Shown in pieces: positions 63,410 through 64,000 of a DNA stretch of 64,000 nt. The DNA is taken from the NCBI RefSeq assembly GCF_018350175.1, contig NC_058373.1, positions 4,836,001 to 4,900,000 of the forward strand, read 5' to 3'. The translations under genes and the position numbers were made by a program. This DNA is from Felis catus. Lineage: Eukaryota. The number at the start of each line of letters is the position of its first letter. Within the stretch, counting starts at the first letter, position 1. The notes beneath the pieces are model-generated. The model was given only the letters and a program-made list of their open reading frames with translations. It did no database searches and was not told the origin of the DNA.

Positions 63410-64000
<591 letters not shown>

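Overview
Mammalian genomic DNA, almost certainly felid, judged by the dense SINEC_Fc-type CAN-SINEs and a carnivore-type L1 3' end. It is syntenic with human 15q25.2. The + strand carries SEC11A exons 2-6 (exon 1 lies upstream of the window), the complete 3-exon NMB gene and the complete 8-exon WDR73 gene (372 aa). The - strand carries the last 7 C2H2 fingers and stop codon of a zinc-finger gene that runs off the right edge; its fingers look ZSCAN20/ZSCAN29-like rather than ZSCAN2-like. The rest is interspersed repeats (about 45 CAN-SINEs, many nested, plus L1, L2, MIR, MER5A, MER20, MER53 and LTRs) and three assembly gaps. Three leads stand out. (1) An apparently intact ZSCAN20/29-family gene sits where human has the SCAND2P pseudogene. 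(2) A phase-consistent, unrecognised multi-exon ORF lies between WDR73 and that gene, with one exon inside an LTR. (3) The canonical NMB exon-3 acceptor is lost, which would force the long alternative C-terminus. Comparisons with human proteins and repeat consensi are from memory, not from a database search. Repeat boundaries are approximate.
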